A stretch of DNA of 62,990 bases, counting the filler, from Reticulomyxa filosa (Eukaryota > Protista > Foraminifera), in NCBI GenBank assembly GCA_000512085.1. It is 10 parts of 10 records of this genome, joined end to end, with 100 filler letters (N's around TTAATTAATTAA, not from the genome) between each part and the next. Parts side by side here need not be neighbours in the genome. Positions count along the whole stretch, not along the records: positions 37,780 to 38,998 come from ASPP01036095.1; positions 39,099 to 40,768 come from ASPP01006032.1; positions 40,869 to 57,395 come from ASPP01009593.1; 7 more parts are not named here. One strand, 5' to 3'. This document shows, piece by piece, positions 38,184 through 50,239 of the stretch (positions within the stretch are counted from its first letter, which is position 1; every line of letters starts with the position of its first letter). The translations under genes and the position numbers were made by a program. A model generated the notes under the pieces. It was not told the origin of the DNA, did no database searches, and saw nothing but the letters and a program-made list of their open reading frames with translations.

Positions 38184-38903
38184 ATGACAAAAAAGGACGT
38201 GTCATTGTGGTGTAGCACTTTGACTGTGTGGATGATACTGGTAGTGACCAGAGACATGAACGCACATCCGTTGGACGACCCTTGCATTGTGTGCAATCAA
38301 GTGCAAAACTGTTCAACAGAAGATTGGGTATGTATGACATTGCCAGCAAACCAATACAGCGTGGACACTCACGACAAGGGGTTGTTAGTAGAAAACGAAC
38401 TGAAAAAATTACGAACATGGCCACACTCACATATCGCGTTGTGTTCCACAACAGCACACCGACCTATCATTGCAATATCAACACATAATACTCGAACACA
38501 ATCAAGTTGTTTGGGTTTTCGCGGCTTTATTCCGGCCGTGTATATATCATGCATTTTCAAATGGAGTAAGTACTTCCCCCGATTGGAAAGTATACGTAGA
38601 TCAAAGTGATTTCAAAGATCTAACTGCGTCAATGCCTTGACAAAGATGATGAAGAACATTTGTTCTAGGGGAATGTTCCACGACGGTAAGCGATGGTTTT
38701 TCTATCTGTATTTCATAGATGGTGACTATACTTATCACACGAGAATGACATACATAAAACGATGATCGATTACTTCACTCCACAAGAACTCATGCATGGA
38801 CAGTCTAATCAGGTCCTGTCTACTTTAGTGTCACTGAGACCACGTCACAGCCGGATACCGTTTCTTATGGTCGCTTTGCTCATTACTCACTTTTTTGAAT
38901 TAG
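38184..38903 (+). pseudogene. Possible secreted Cys-rich protein, frame-disrupted
   Basis: ORF 38184-38609 starts with a signal-peptide-like segment. Coding-like composition continues in shifting frames with stops. Confidence 0.3.
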
Positions 38904-39156
38904 TTGCAATTTTGTATATGTACGTATTCTGAGAGATTAATAATTTTTTTCATGTGTGTGATCTTTTTTACATTTTTGTGAACGTTGGTTGAAATATGNN
39001 NNNNNNNNNNNNNNNNNNNNNNNNNNNNNNNNNNNNNNNNNNTTAATTAATTAANNNNNNNNNNNNNNNNNNNNNNNNNNNNNNNNNNNNNNNNNNNNAA
39101 AAAAAAAAAAAAAAAAAACAAAACACAATCGCTTAAACTTGAAATTTCTGCGCAGA

Positions 39157-39499
39157 ATGCAAGTAACGAGCAGATGTATTGGACAAGTGGGCGTGTTTAC
39201 GCACACGACGTTGGAGAAGCGTAACCTGTGGATGCTTTCGAGCGTGACACTGAGTCGGCGACAGATGCAAAATCGCATCGACTGGACAAGAAAGGAGGCG
39301 TAGCGAATACGATCCGAGCACGACGAACTTCGTCGAGGAAGATGGAATCGTACAAAGTGAACAAAACGCCGACGATGGAGCTCTTTACAGATTATTATCC
39401 AGAGAAATTGCACGAGCCTGTTGAAGTGTATTACAAGACACAAGAAAAAGAAAAAGAAGAAGAAGAATATGAAAATGAAGATGGAAAAAGAAGACCATT

Positions 39500-39545
<46 letters not shown>

Positions 39546-40033
39546 GCGTCAGCAGAAGCAATGTCAATGACTCAGTCCACAGACAAAGGTACATTCAAAG
39601 AAGAAGTGATCCCTTCCAAGCCACTCACGAAAGAACGACAACCTTCGTCAACACCTCATATGTCCACCTTAACAGAAGAGGAGACCCCTTCTGATTCGAA
39701 AGAGAAAAATACGTTCACGTACAAGAAGAAGAAAAAACCGAAGCAACAACAACAGTCGGAGGGCTTGCCTGACGTGTGGCCTAACAAGCCTTGGCTGTGG
39801 AGGTCGGCCATCAACCTCAAAGACAGGCCCTTCGAAAACCAAGATAAGAAGCATTTGGAATGGTTCGCCGACGACGACAACAACAGTGTCGGCAGGGCCT
39901 GGTACACGTCCGAACTCAGGCTTAAAGTTACTCTATTGAAGAGTGAGAGAAGAGAGAGGGGAGGAGGGGGGAAGCAAGAAATGTCCAGAAATTTCTTGGT
40001 CACTATTCCAATGTTTTGCACAAAACAAATAAA

Positions 40034-40065
<32 letters not shown>

Positions 40066-40656
40066 TTATTTATTTATTTTTTGTTTGATTTTTATTTATT
40101 TGAAATGAAATAGTCAAATCATGATTTGTGGCGTTTGTGGTATGTATTATTACGTGAGAGGAACATGCTGAATACAATGCGGTTGCAATGTCGTGTGTCG
40201 AAGAGACTAATGCCGAATTATGGACGACTGAAAAAAGTAACGAAATCGATGGACCGTTTGATGCAAATATGGAATGAGCGTGCGTACATAACGCACGAGG
40301 CATTGAAACGAGAGAAAGAGACGTTGAAAGAGGAGGCGCGTGTGGAGTGCATTGAGCATCGACGCTTGATGTCGCTAAAGAAGCGCGAAAAGATCAAACA
40401 GCTGTTCTTTGATTTGGTGGAACAACACGAACACGACTTGTCTCCTTCTCAATACAATGAATTTGCCACTCGCAGAAACACCATCCAAGAGTTCCTCTTT
40501 CTTCAAAATCATCGCTTGCCCGATGTCTTGGATCCTGTCAAACGACGGGCCACCGATACCATTCAAGACGCCAATGTCGCCCAAGTTTTTGATAAGGATT
40601 TGGAAACTAAGGCCAAAGACTTGATTCATGCCAATTTTGGACATTTGGCCACTTAA
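39157..40656 (+). CDS. MRPL47: Mitochondrial ribosomal protein L47 (uL29m) with long extensions, 2 exons
   Basis: Intron 39927-40113 gives GRAWYTSELRLK|SNHDLWRLWYVLLRERNMLNT...RLKKVTKSMDRLMQIWNER. The presequence-like N-terminus is out of frame near 39290-39340. Confidence 0.88.
39501..39545 (+). repeat. (TCA)15 microsatellite encoding poly-Ser
   Basis: Seen directly. Confidence 0.95.
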
Positions 40657-40868
40657 TTGCTTTGTTTTCATTCAATTGATTAATTGTTTTCTTTTGGTTT
40701 GTTTGTTTCTTTTTATTAATACACAACACACACACATACAAGGATAGTGTCCTCCTTTTTTTTTTTTTNNNNNNNNNNNNNNNNNNNNNNNNNNNNNNNN
40801 NNNNNNNNNNNNTTAATTAATTAANNNNNNNNNNNNNNNNNNNNNNNNNNNNNNNNNNNNNNNNNNNN

Positions 40869-41400
40869 ATTAACAACGATTTTCGTCGTCAAAAAGGTCG
40901 TAGCGAAAACAGAAACAAAGACAAAAGAAAATATTTTCAAACTACTAAAAAAAGAATTTTTTTTTAAGTGTAAAATTTTTTATCGTGATAAAAATTTTTT
41001 TTTTCTGGTCAGATATCTGATATTGCGATTTTGCGCGAGATCAGATATATACAAGATAACAACACCCAAAACGAACAGCCGATTAACAAGAAAGAATGCC
41101 GAACAAAAGTGATCAACTTTTCTATTAAATAGGGAAGATCCAAATTTGTTTTTACAACCGTTGATTGATCTCGCCGTACAATATTTGAGATTTTATTTGT
41201 TTTTTTTGATATTTTAAAGATTAAATTAAAACTTAAAATTTTTTTTTCACTTGTTGTTGATTGTGTGTGAGTTTTGATAGGTTTTGTTGATCTTTTCCTT
41301 TTTTTGTTTGTTTTCCTTAGAGTACTATGTTCCTTTTGGGACGAGGTTCTCATTTTAATTTGGATAAGATCTCATTCTTGCTAAAAAAAAAGCTCCAGAT
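40869..41400 (-). repeat. Dispersed repeat copy 1 (probable retroelement 3' UTR)
   Basis: Shares blocks TTTTCGTCGTCA, ACTACTAAAAAAA, AGATATCTGATATTGCGA-TTTGCGC and GAGTACT-TGTTCCTTTTGGGACGAG with 42255-42950, in the same order and orientation. Confidence 0.75.
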
Positions 41401-41814
41401 ATATATTGGATTAAAGGATCACTTGATTGATTCTTTTGATGTTGCTGACTTGAGTTCTTTGGCTTGATTGGTGTAATTACCAATGTTGGGGATGATGAAC
41501 ACAGTAAATTATGTCGAATTCTCCTGAGAATTTCCACATGTTGTCGAAAGTGATTTCCTCTTTCTTTTTCTCATCCACTTCAGGTCGCACAGCAATTTGC
41601 ATTGCATTTGTCAAAAAAAAATTCTTTTTTTAAACACTTTCCTCAACCTCAAAGCGCAAACAAAAGCAAGTTAAAAAAGCACCTGGTCCAAAATAGGACA
41701 TTTCACTAAATAATACAAAGAAAAAAAGCATAATTATAAAATCAAACAATCAAACAACCAATCAGGCATTTTCTGAATAATTTTTAAAAATCTCAAAAAA
41801 CCTTGTTGAAAAAT

Positions 41815-42165
41815 TCAAATAATTTTTCCAGTTGCCATTGTGACCTTTACAAGTTCTTTGACAACTTTTGTTCTTTTTTCCACGTCTTGTCTCCAATCAC
41901 CAAACTTTTTATGCTTGATTTATTGAATTGAAAGTGCGTCAATACATTCTTGATTGATGCTCGCCATGCTTCTCTAATGTCTTGATAATGTGGCATTCAT
42001 TAGGAAATGTTCAACAGTTTTTTCTTCATCTTTGCAATCTGGCGAATAAGTTCTTTTGATCTTGAACAGGAATCCATCAATCCCGTTTACCTGTAATTAC
42101 TATGCAAACACATCTGCGCTCGTGCACTTCCAATTGATGTAATGCAATCTTTTCGAATGATTTGG
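41815..42165 (-). mobile_element. Decayed non-LTR retrotransposon, ORF2 C-terminal zinc-knuckle region
   Basis: VITGK..FLFKIKRTYSPDCKDEEKTVEHFLMN[fs]PHYQDIR matches the I/Tad/Ingi-type pattern RTGH..SPxC..ETVEHFLxxCPxYxxxR. Confidence 0.75.
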
Positions 42166-42254
42166 CTTCAATTATATTGCAAAAAAATTTTATTTTGAAG
42201 AAAAAAAGTACAGAACATTAATAATGCAACATTTAGCAGTATCTGAAGAATTTC

Positions 42255-42950
42255 GAAGTAATTAACAACAGTTTTCGTCGTCATCAAGATTGGCAAAAGC
42301 AGCAACAAAGACAAACCTAAAGAAAAGAAACTTTTCGGACTACTAAAAAAAATATTTTTCAACTAGTAAAATTTTTTTTGTCTAAGTTGAAAATTCAAGA
42401 TATCTGATATTGCGACTTTGCGCAAGATCTCGTATATCGAACAATACTTCTGTCGAAATTGAAAAAACTGTCAGTCAAAATGATAAAACAAAGATTGCAA
42501 ACAAAAATTGATATGCTTTGCTATTAATTAAGTCACAATGGCAAAATTCAACATTTGATTATTAGTATAAATTTTAATTTTTTGTTTATTTTCTTTAATT
42601 TGTTAAAAGAAGTATATTGAATCTCAATATTTAATGGTACTTCAACATTTCGAAAATAAGCTCACAGTATTCTGTTGATCACTAATCCCGTAATTCCCCC
42701 TGACCATCCACATGAAAGAGCCAAATTGTTTTCACAATCCCGATCCTCAACCTTTGAGATTCCGTTTGCTTTTCTGATATTTTAAGTCTTAATTGAAAAC
42801 TTTAAATTGATATTTCTTACTTGTTGTGCGAGTTTGACAAATTTTGTATATCTTTTCCTGCTTTTGTTTTCTTTTGAGTACTTTGTTCCTTTTGGGACGA
42901 GATGTTCTTTTAACTTGAATAAAATTTAATTTTCGCTAAAAAAAATCAGA
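42255..42950 (-). repeat. Dispersed repeat copy 2, lying between the LINE RT and zinc-knuckle remnants
   Basis: Diverged copy of 40869-41400, with AATAAA downstream on the - strand near 42190. Confidence 0.75.
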
Positions 42951-43009
42951 TTGCGCAAATATCGTTTGGTACATTGCGTGGTTCCATTTCATTTTCCTCA
43001 TTTGTCCAA

Positions 43010-43430
43010 TGTCAATTCCATTCTGAAAAATTGGTTCAGTCACTTGTAATAACAATTCTGATTTGTTGTGCCAAGATTGATGTCATGCTTGTTATTGTGT
43101 AAATAACTGCTTTTCATTTAATACACATCAATCTCATTTTGATAATTCCTTCCAATAATTTCCCAACCCCAGATAATAATGAGATTGGTCTGTAATTCTT
43201 GCAGATGCTGTTATCTCGATCTGGTTTTGGAATTGGAACAATATTTGCACAATATTGGAACATATCTAATCTTAAAACTTCAATAAAATAATACTAATAA
43301 TGAACCAATCAACGCTTGCCCACCATTTTATTATTTGATTGTGAATATTGTCTGGTCCTTGTGCTTTGTTAGATGAAATATATCTCAATGCCTCAATTAA
43401 TTCTTCTTTTGATGTCTTTTCAATATGTCC
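43010..43430 (-). mobile_element. Decayed non-LTR retrotransposon reverse transcriptase, N-terminal part
   Basis: KEELIEALRYISSNKAQGPDNIH and ANIVPIPKPDRDNSICKNYRPISLLSGVGKLLEGIIKMRL, interrupted by stops and frameshifts. Confidence 0.9.
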
Positions 43431-43519
43431 CGTTGTTGGTTCCACAATGCATGAATTATTGATATCATTAATTTAAATTGAGAAAAAAATTTTATTGTAT
43501 TTCCTTCTTTCAATGATTC

Positions 43520-43856
43520 GATATCTATCAAATACCTCACATTTCGCTTCGTTAAATCCAACTGTGACTACCTTTTCTTCAATGCTCTTTTAACATCTTC
43601 TGATTTCGCAAATGTCACCTTTACCACTGCCATTTTTTAAAATCTTTCCACTCTTCTATTTCATATCCAAGTTCCTCAATGTGTTAATAACTTCTTGTAG
43701 TAATTCTTTTGTCAATACATTCTTCAATAAAATACAGCGATGATTTCTGTGTTTTAGATTTCTTGTTTGAATCTTTCTAATTGTTCGTAGACATAATCTT
43801 GTTGAAATATTGAACAAGGTGTAATATCTTGTTCTTTGATTCTTGTTTTTCATCAC
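43520..43856 (-). mobile_element. Possible LINE ORF1 (RRM-like) remnant
   Basis: RCILLKNV...VVKVTFAKSEDVK...VTVGFNEAKCEVF in shifting frames, upstream of the RT remnant. Confidence 0.45.
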
Positions 43857-45563
43857 TGTACAATATTTATTGATTGTTGCTTTGTTTGTCTTTCTTTTGT
43901 TTTGTGTTTTTTTTTGTCTGCGTTCTATTTTTTAAAACGATTTGCTCTTTTAACTTGAAAGACCTTAGTTTATTCATATATAGATCGCAAAAAATATTGC
44001 TAGTAGTCCAATACACTTGACCGCCCCCCACTGCAACATATCTAAAAAAACTTGAATATCCAAATTCTCAATTTCAATCAAAATTTTCTTCAGAAATTTC
44101 TTTATATCAAGACCCCTATATTTGAATACTAAAATGAACTTCAGAACTTGAACAATGTTTAATCTTTCAGTGTTCTCACATAAATACTCTTCAAATAGAC
44201 AACTTTTACATCAAGTTGGAAATGATAATGAATGAAGTAAATGTGACAGTCAAATTTATATTCCAAATCATTGATAGTGTATTTGCCTTAATCGCTGTTG
44301 CCAATATTTTTCAATTTTTTTTAATTCAGTGTTTGTGATTTTAATAAATGTCCATTCACCAATGTTGCAGAAAAATTCATGTCTAATCTTCATTTTCTGC
44401 TTCAAACTATTCTTTTCGTTTATTTTTTCGTTTTCTTTTCTTCTTTGAGCTCTTGATATTGTCTAAATTCATTTATTCGATTTTCTTGTTTATTTTAAAC
44501 TGCAATAACAATCATATGAATGTTTAATCTTTTTACTTGTTATTCATATCCAGCTTCAGAAAATTATCTTTTTCGATTTAATAAATAGATATACGATCTT
44601 ATCACATTGTTTGCAAATGAATTTTCACCATATGCGTCCATATCAATATCAACATCTTACTGTTTCTGTAATATCTTTGATTGCCAATCAAATTTTTCTA
44701 ATTTTTAATCAATAAATTTATATTTGAATATTAGTTTAAAGTTGTTCTTATTGCCTTTGTTTTCACAATTGTACTTGCAACATATTACTGATTATCAATC
44801 AAAAGTATTTTAAAACGGCGATCAGTATATCCTTTTCAGCCAGTGTTTTTATTCATGAACATTGATCTTCCATTAAGTCTGCTAATATAATATATAATTC
44901 AGTAACAACCCCAAATGAGTTTGCACTATATATCTTAATTGGCGAGTGTTTTCATGTTACTATATTGTATTTTAACATCCTTTATAGCATGTATTGTGAT
45001 TTTGCTGATGTAAATAATAACTATCTGGATAAGCTTGTCGTTGATACTGCCAATATAGTTTTGAAGTGTTTGAAATATTATTTAATCTAACCAAAGATTA
45101 AACATTCTATTGTTTTGTAATTTACGTAGTTATTCATTTGATGTTCAATTCGTATGTTTATATATCATCATGTACTTCAATTATTTTCTTTTTTATGTTT
45201 TTTTGTCGCTTTTTATCTCTTGCACTTCTTCACTGACGTATTCTGTCGCTTATTCCAACGTTATCATACAATCAAATGTTACCATTTCTGTCAGTGTTTA
45301 TTTCACGTGCACGTGCAAACATTACAAAATTTTTCATTTTCAATTAATTCGACGTAACTTATGAAATGTTCATCTAATATAAATGAAATAAACAAAGTGA
45401 CTGTGTCTATAAATAATATGCGCCAGTCTTTTTGTTTGTTAACTTAGACTGTTCTTGCTTGTGCTTTTTTTTTCTTGTTTAAAGAGATGTTTTAAACACG
45501 GAAAAGGCGTGTTCAAAACGACAGTTGCCAATGTTACAGTTTTTTTAAGAGGGGGGTGAGATA

Positions 45564-46888
45564 ATGAACCAAATTTGTGCTGGCAGTACAACAGCATTAG
45601 TAGGAAGCCAAGGTGTGTAATTTATGTAGAATCGTTGTAAATGAGTGATCAAGGAGATAAAAAAACAAAACAAAAACTTTAGTAATTATCTATGTCTTTG
45701 CAGTAATAATTTATACCTTCCTTACAATTTATGCGTGTATTGGATTAAAAAATCATGTACTCAATTCAAAGATAAGAGCTAATTATTTACATTATTTTTT
45801 TTGGCATACTGGATATTGTCATGGATATGCGTAATGGATAATGGTTTTTATTATACGTTGAGTCGTTATTACAAATGGCCAATCTATCACTCATGGTATT
45901 GTCCTGTATATGCAGTAATTATATTTGGATCAGGCGTTTTTTTTAAGATATGTATTCAATGGTTTTGGTTCAGTCGATTACGTTTAGTATGTTTTTAAAA
46001 TAAACTAATGAATTGGCTGTATATATTTATGTACATATTTAATAATATCACAATGTAATAGGTTCAACATTTAAACGAACTTGTTGGCAAATGAGTGAAA
46101 CATGTAATAAGGCATTTAAATACAGTTCTATGGGCCTTGGTATAGTATATAGTGTGGTCATTGTGATTATGGGGATTTATGCAAATTGTGCGATGCAAGT
46201 ACATATATTGGATTTCAATCCATTTCAACCTCATACCAAAGATATTTATAATTGTGCGGGGTTAAGTATATGTATACACATTCTTTTTTTTTATTTGAAA
46301 ACATATACAGATATTTCTTTTAGATGGCCAAGCATATGGGACTCAATATATACTGGATCAGGAGCCTTTGTCGGAGGAGTATATTCAATAATATTGTCTT
46401 ATGAATATATTCGTAGATTATCAAAAGTAGTGACAACAATGGATATAACTAATATCACAGAACGTGAATTATATAGAATTGAGAGGACATGTGTTATTGC
46501 TTTATGTAGTTGTGCTAGCACTATTTTTTGGTTAGCCCTAGCTGCAATCCTTCCTTATAGTATTGGATATTTTTTTATTCCTATCAGTATTATTATTGAT
46601 GGGATTTGTTTGATGTGTTCATTTCGATTTGGTGATTCTATATTTGAATATTTCTTTGGATGTTGTTTGCATTATATTCAAGACAGAAATTTACTTCGAC
46701 GTGTTATCATTAAAAAAATTATGGAAAATAATCCCACTACGACTAGTGTGATATTAACTACTTTTACACTTCCAACTGATCCTATTATTGAGCAACCTGA
46801 AAATATTACAATGAGATCAACTGATTTCATTGTTGATCAACCTGAAAAAATCACTATGAAATCAACTGATTCTTTGGGCCCAATATAA
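45564..46888 (+). CDS. Seven-transmembrane (GPCR-like topology) protein, multi-exon
   Basis: Exon 1 is 45564-45612 with intron 45613-45682, and a further intron lies at about 45987-46061. Seven hydrophobic segments. A one-base frame break at about 45780-45802. The C-terminus has a 15-aa duplication IIEQPENITMRSTDF/IVDQPEKITMKSTDS. Confidence 0.6.
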
Positions 46889-47234
46889 CTTCTTTTTTTA
46901 TTTATCATGCAAATTACTCTTTTTTCCAAATGTAAATCTGTATTTATAATTATTATGACTTTTTTGTATCATTGCAAAATGGAATCAAACAGTCCTTGTT
47001 ACAACAAAAAAAGAGTAATAGTAATGTTTTGAAATAATATATTCCTTGCCTTTAATCTTTCAACAAACATAGAAAACTTTCAACGCATGTACAAAATAAT
47101 TCAAAAGAGTGAGGACACAAATTAAAATAGAAAGAATTGTTTGTGATTTGAATTTTGAGGATATTAGAAATTGCTGTAGAGACTGTGAATTTTTGGACAA
47201 GGGATAACAAGAATACGAATCACCAGAATTAAAC

Positions 47235-48014
47235 ATGATTATCATTTTCAAATCCAGTTCTGTGAGACAACTAAGACTCGGTTGCAAATTTCGTACATTT
47301 TCGACCGATATTCGTGCAGAATGGTGCAGAAAACTTGGTGTTTCCACAAACGCGTCGCAAGAAGATATAAAACATCAATATTTATCACAAATAAAAAAAT
47401 GGCACCCTGATTTGTTTGCAACCAAACCAATGCAAGAACAGGAAGAAGCACGCCGAAAATTTCAGGAAATTCGAGAAGCATATGAAGCATTAACTACACA
47501 GCCGGAAGGAGAAGAAGCAAAAAAAAAGCCAGAGATGAAAATGGCTGAAACTCATACTAAAACGCAAACAATGAACAAAAAAGCGACATATTACGCATGG
47601 TCCCAAGTTCACACATGGAACAAAAGTAATAGTACTACTAATAATAACAACGAGGGACGAACTAAATATTCTGCACCATCGTTCGTGTATCGTCTAATCT
47701 ATCCTTCATGGGCTTTGCTAGAGGAAGCGTTTCGACATTTAAAATGGCTGCACACTACTGTTTTTTTTATAATGTCTTATGTACTGCTACGCTACCTTTA
47801 TAAAGTTCGTTATGACAAAGAGAAAACATTTGGATTGCCTGCAAATGTTTTACCAAAAAAGGTCCTCCAACACGAGGCCGAATCTGTAAGTGGCCAAGAA
47901 TTTCAGGATTTTCTCCATCCGTTGTTAGTTGTCGAAAATCATTGCCAGTATTTTTTGGATTACTACCTTATTTCAAAGGAGAACGACCCTATCAAAAGTC
48001 AGACAATTCATTAG
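47235..48014 (+). CDS. DnaJ (J-domain) protein, probably mitochondrial and membrane-anchored
   Basis: LGVSTNASQEDIKHQY...KWHPD...KFQEIREAYEAL, a basic presequence-like N-terminus and one TM (TTVFFIMSYVLLRYLY). Confidence 0.88.
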   Translation: MIIIFKSSSVRQLRLGCKFRTFSTDIRAEWCRKLGVSTNASQEDIKHQYLSQIKKWHPDLFATKPMQEQEEARRKFQEIREAYEALTTQPEGEEAKKKPEMKMAETHTKTQTMNKKATYYAWSQVHTWNKSNSTTNNNNEGRTKYSAPSFVYRLIYPSWALLEEAFRHLKWLHTTVFFIMSYVLLRYLYKVRYDKEKTFGLPANVLPKKVLQHEAESVSGQEFQDFLHPLLVVENHCQYFLDYYLISKENDPIKSQTIH

Positions 48015-48784
48015 AATCTCCTCCTTCCACAACAGTTGCTCATACTTAATTTTTGCTAAAAAGCAATATCGAGTCAACAAATCGTTCTCCGGATTAGCGA
48101 CAAATTTCTTTTCTTTTCAGTGGATATGGCTCAAAGGCCACAGACAAGTATTTTCATAGTTTAAAAGAAGTACATCATCAAATTTAACACAATATTTCAC
48201 AAAAAAAAATCAAAATGAAACTTAAATCAAAATATAGACTGTAAAACGACAATTAAAAAAAATAAAATTATCTGAATGGTATTGTGTGCCATCAAGTTGT
48301 GAAATTTGTATATGCCAATCCGTGAATTTTTTATTATTCAAATCAATTTATTCTATCCCACAAAAAAATATTATGTAGAATCACTGAAATATACAAATTA
48401 CACTTTTACAAATCAAAATATTCAATTTTAAACTTTTTTTGGCTTTGCTCCATCTTTACTAATTCTTTCAAAAATTTGAATCTTGTATTTCTTATTTATA
48501 ATAAAGTCAAAAGCAATTAACGCACTGTTAAAAAAATTTAAATAAAAAATACTATTTAAAAAAAGCAAATAACTTGTAAAAATAAAAAAGAGTATAAAAA
48601 ATGAAATGTTATTAAATGTTGATTTTTCATGAAAAATGTATTATCCTATACTTTTTGAAAGTATATTTAATGTCATGTTATGCAAGAATATAATACATTC
48701 CAATCTTCCTTATGTTTCATTATCTTGTTCTATCACAGTATTTTTTCACTACGCAGCACTGTTTAAAGGAGGAACCTGTTAGGG

Positions 48785-49417
48785 ATGATCACTCCCCATG
48801 ATGAACAAACAGCATTTTTGCGAGTTTCAAATTCAACAAATCAAGATTCAAACAATATAGAATCTCCTACTTTTGATTCTCGTCGTGATACAGAAGAGCA
48901 AAAACAAAGCGTAACAGAAATTGACGACAGTGGCTTGGTGTGTTGTCAAAATTATGATTCATGGGTATTGACGTACTCTACAACAGACGATGTGGATTGG
49001 TTTATGAGGTTGTCTGTTCTGTGGTATGGTTTGTTTGAGTGTGTTCCATTGTTGTGGGGAATATTATTCTGGACCGCTGGAGAAGTGTTGTTTAGTATTT
49101 ATTTGTTAATAATTGCTTTTGATTTTTGGAAAGTAGTCATTTATTTGTTGGATCTACTGTTTCATGTGATTCCAACCCTTTATTTTGCAACTCGTGGAGA
49201 TGAACATGCTAGGAAATTGTTATGTCCTTTTTTCTTCGGCATGACGACTAACGTTTTGAATATTGCCTATGCCATTCTTGAATTAATTTTTGGTTCAAAA
49301 GAATCGGCACTGTTGATATTATTGGTGCTACTTCCAATTGGATTGATGAATTCACTGAGTTTGATTGCCATCTTTCAAGGGAAATTGAGATTATATGATC
49401 AAGATTTCATTGACTAA
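48785..49417 (+). CDS. Hypothetical four-TM membrane protein
   Basis: Intronless 210-aa ORF with an acidic N-tail and four hydrophobic segments. Confidence 0.65.
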   Translation: MITPHDEQTAFLRVSNSTNQDSNNIESPTFDSRRDTEEQKQSVTEIDDSGLVCCQNYDSWVLTYSTTDDVDWFMRLSVLWYGLFECVPLLWGILFWTAGEVLFSIYLLIIAFDFWKVVIYLLDLLFHVIPTLYFATRGDEHARKLLCPFFFGMTTNVLNIAYAILELIFGSKESALLILLVLLPIGLMNSLSLIAIFQGKLRLYDQDFID

Positions 49418-49704
49418 AGGTCTTTTGATCCTTTCTTTGCAAGTAATGTAACTTTATTTCTTTTCAATCATGCTATAGCAAATTTATTCGTCAAAAATAT
49501 ACACTTCAAATCTTCAAAGATTTTTTTTTGTGGTTATGTTGTACATTAATTAAACTTCTAATCAAAAGTTTGAAAACTAATTTAACTATCAGCAGCTTCA
49601 TTTTTAAATCAAAAAGAGGAAAGAATCTCACGTAACAAAGTTCTTCAACGTATATTTAATCAAATTTATTTTTAACCAAACAAATGCACGTTTTGCAACC
49701 GATC

Positions 49705-49837
49705 GCAAAAATTCCCTAAAATGAACCACTACAGCATTTTGATTTATTCACGAAATTGACATTTTTGATTCATTAGAATCATTTAAAAATTATGAATGAA
49801 ATTGAAATGTTTGTGGTTCATTTTAGGGAATTTTTGC
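49705..49837. repeat. 133-bp fold-back element with perfect 25-bp terminal inverted repeats (MITE-like)
   Basis: GCAAAAATTCCCTAAAATGAACCAC (49705-49729) is the exact reverse complement of 49813-49837. Confidence 0.8.
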
Positions 49838-50239
49838 AGTAGATTACACGTTTAGATCATTAGTCTTTTTTTACAATCGAGGACAAAAAATTTCTTTCCG
49901 TCCCCCTAATGTTGTGTTTTATTTTTCAAGCCAATCACAAACTATACATTTGAAACATATTTGTCCAATTTTCAAAAACTCATGACGAAAATGTAACAGC
50001 AGAAAACAAAAGATTCGACGCATCTCGTTTTAAATTTTCCAAGTCAATAAGTTTGTGATGTGTTTATTTTCAAAAATTCACGAAACGTTTTCACAAACAA
50101 AATGTTTTTCAGCAAACGTGACAATAAGAATGTTCGACTCATCTTTGCAACACGTACTCAAAAATCCAAATTTTTCTTTCCTCCAAGCGTGAAAAACGAG
50201 GAAAAAACCTTTGGTGGCAATTGCGAGCCTTTTTTGCCC

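Noticed and set aside
44000-45100. Possible decayed NACHT/NB-ARC pseudogene
   Set aside because: The texture is coding-like, but no diagnostic motif such as Walker A could be recovered by eye.
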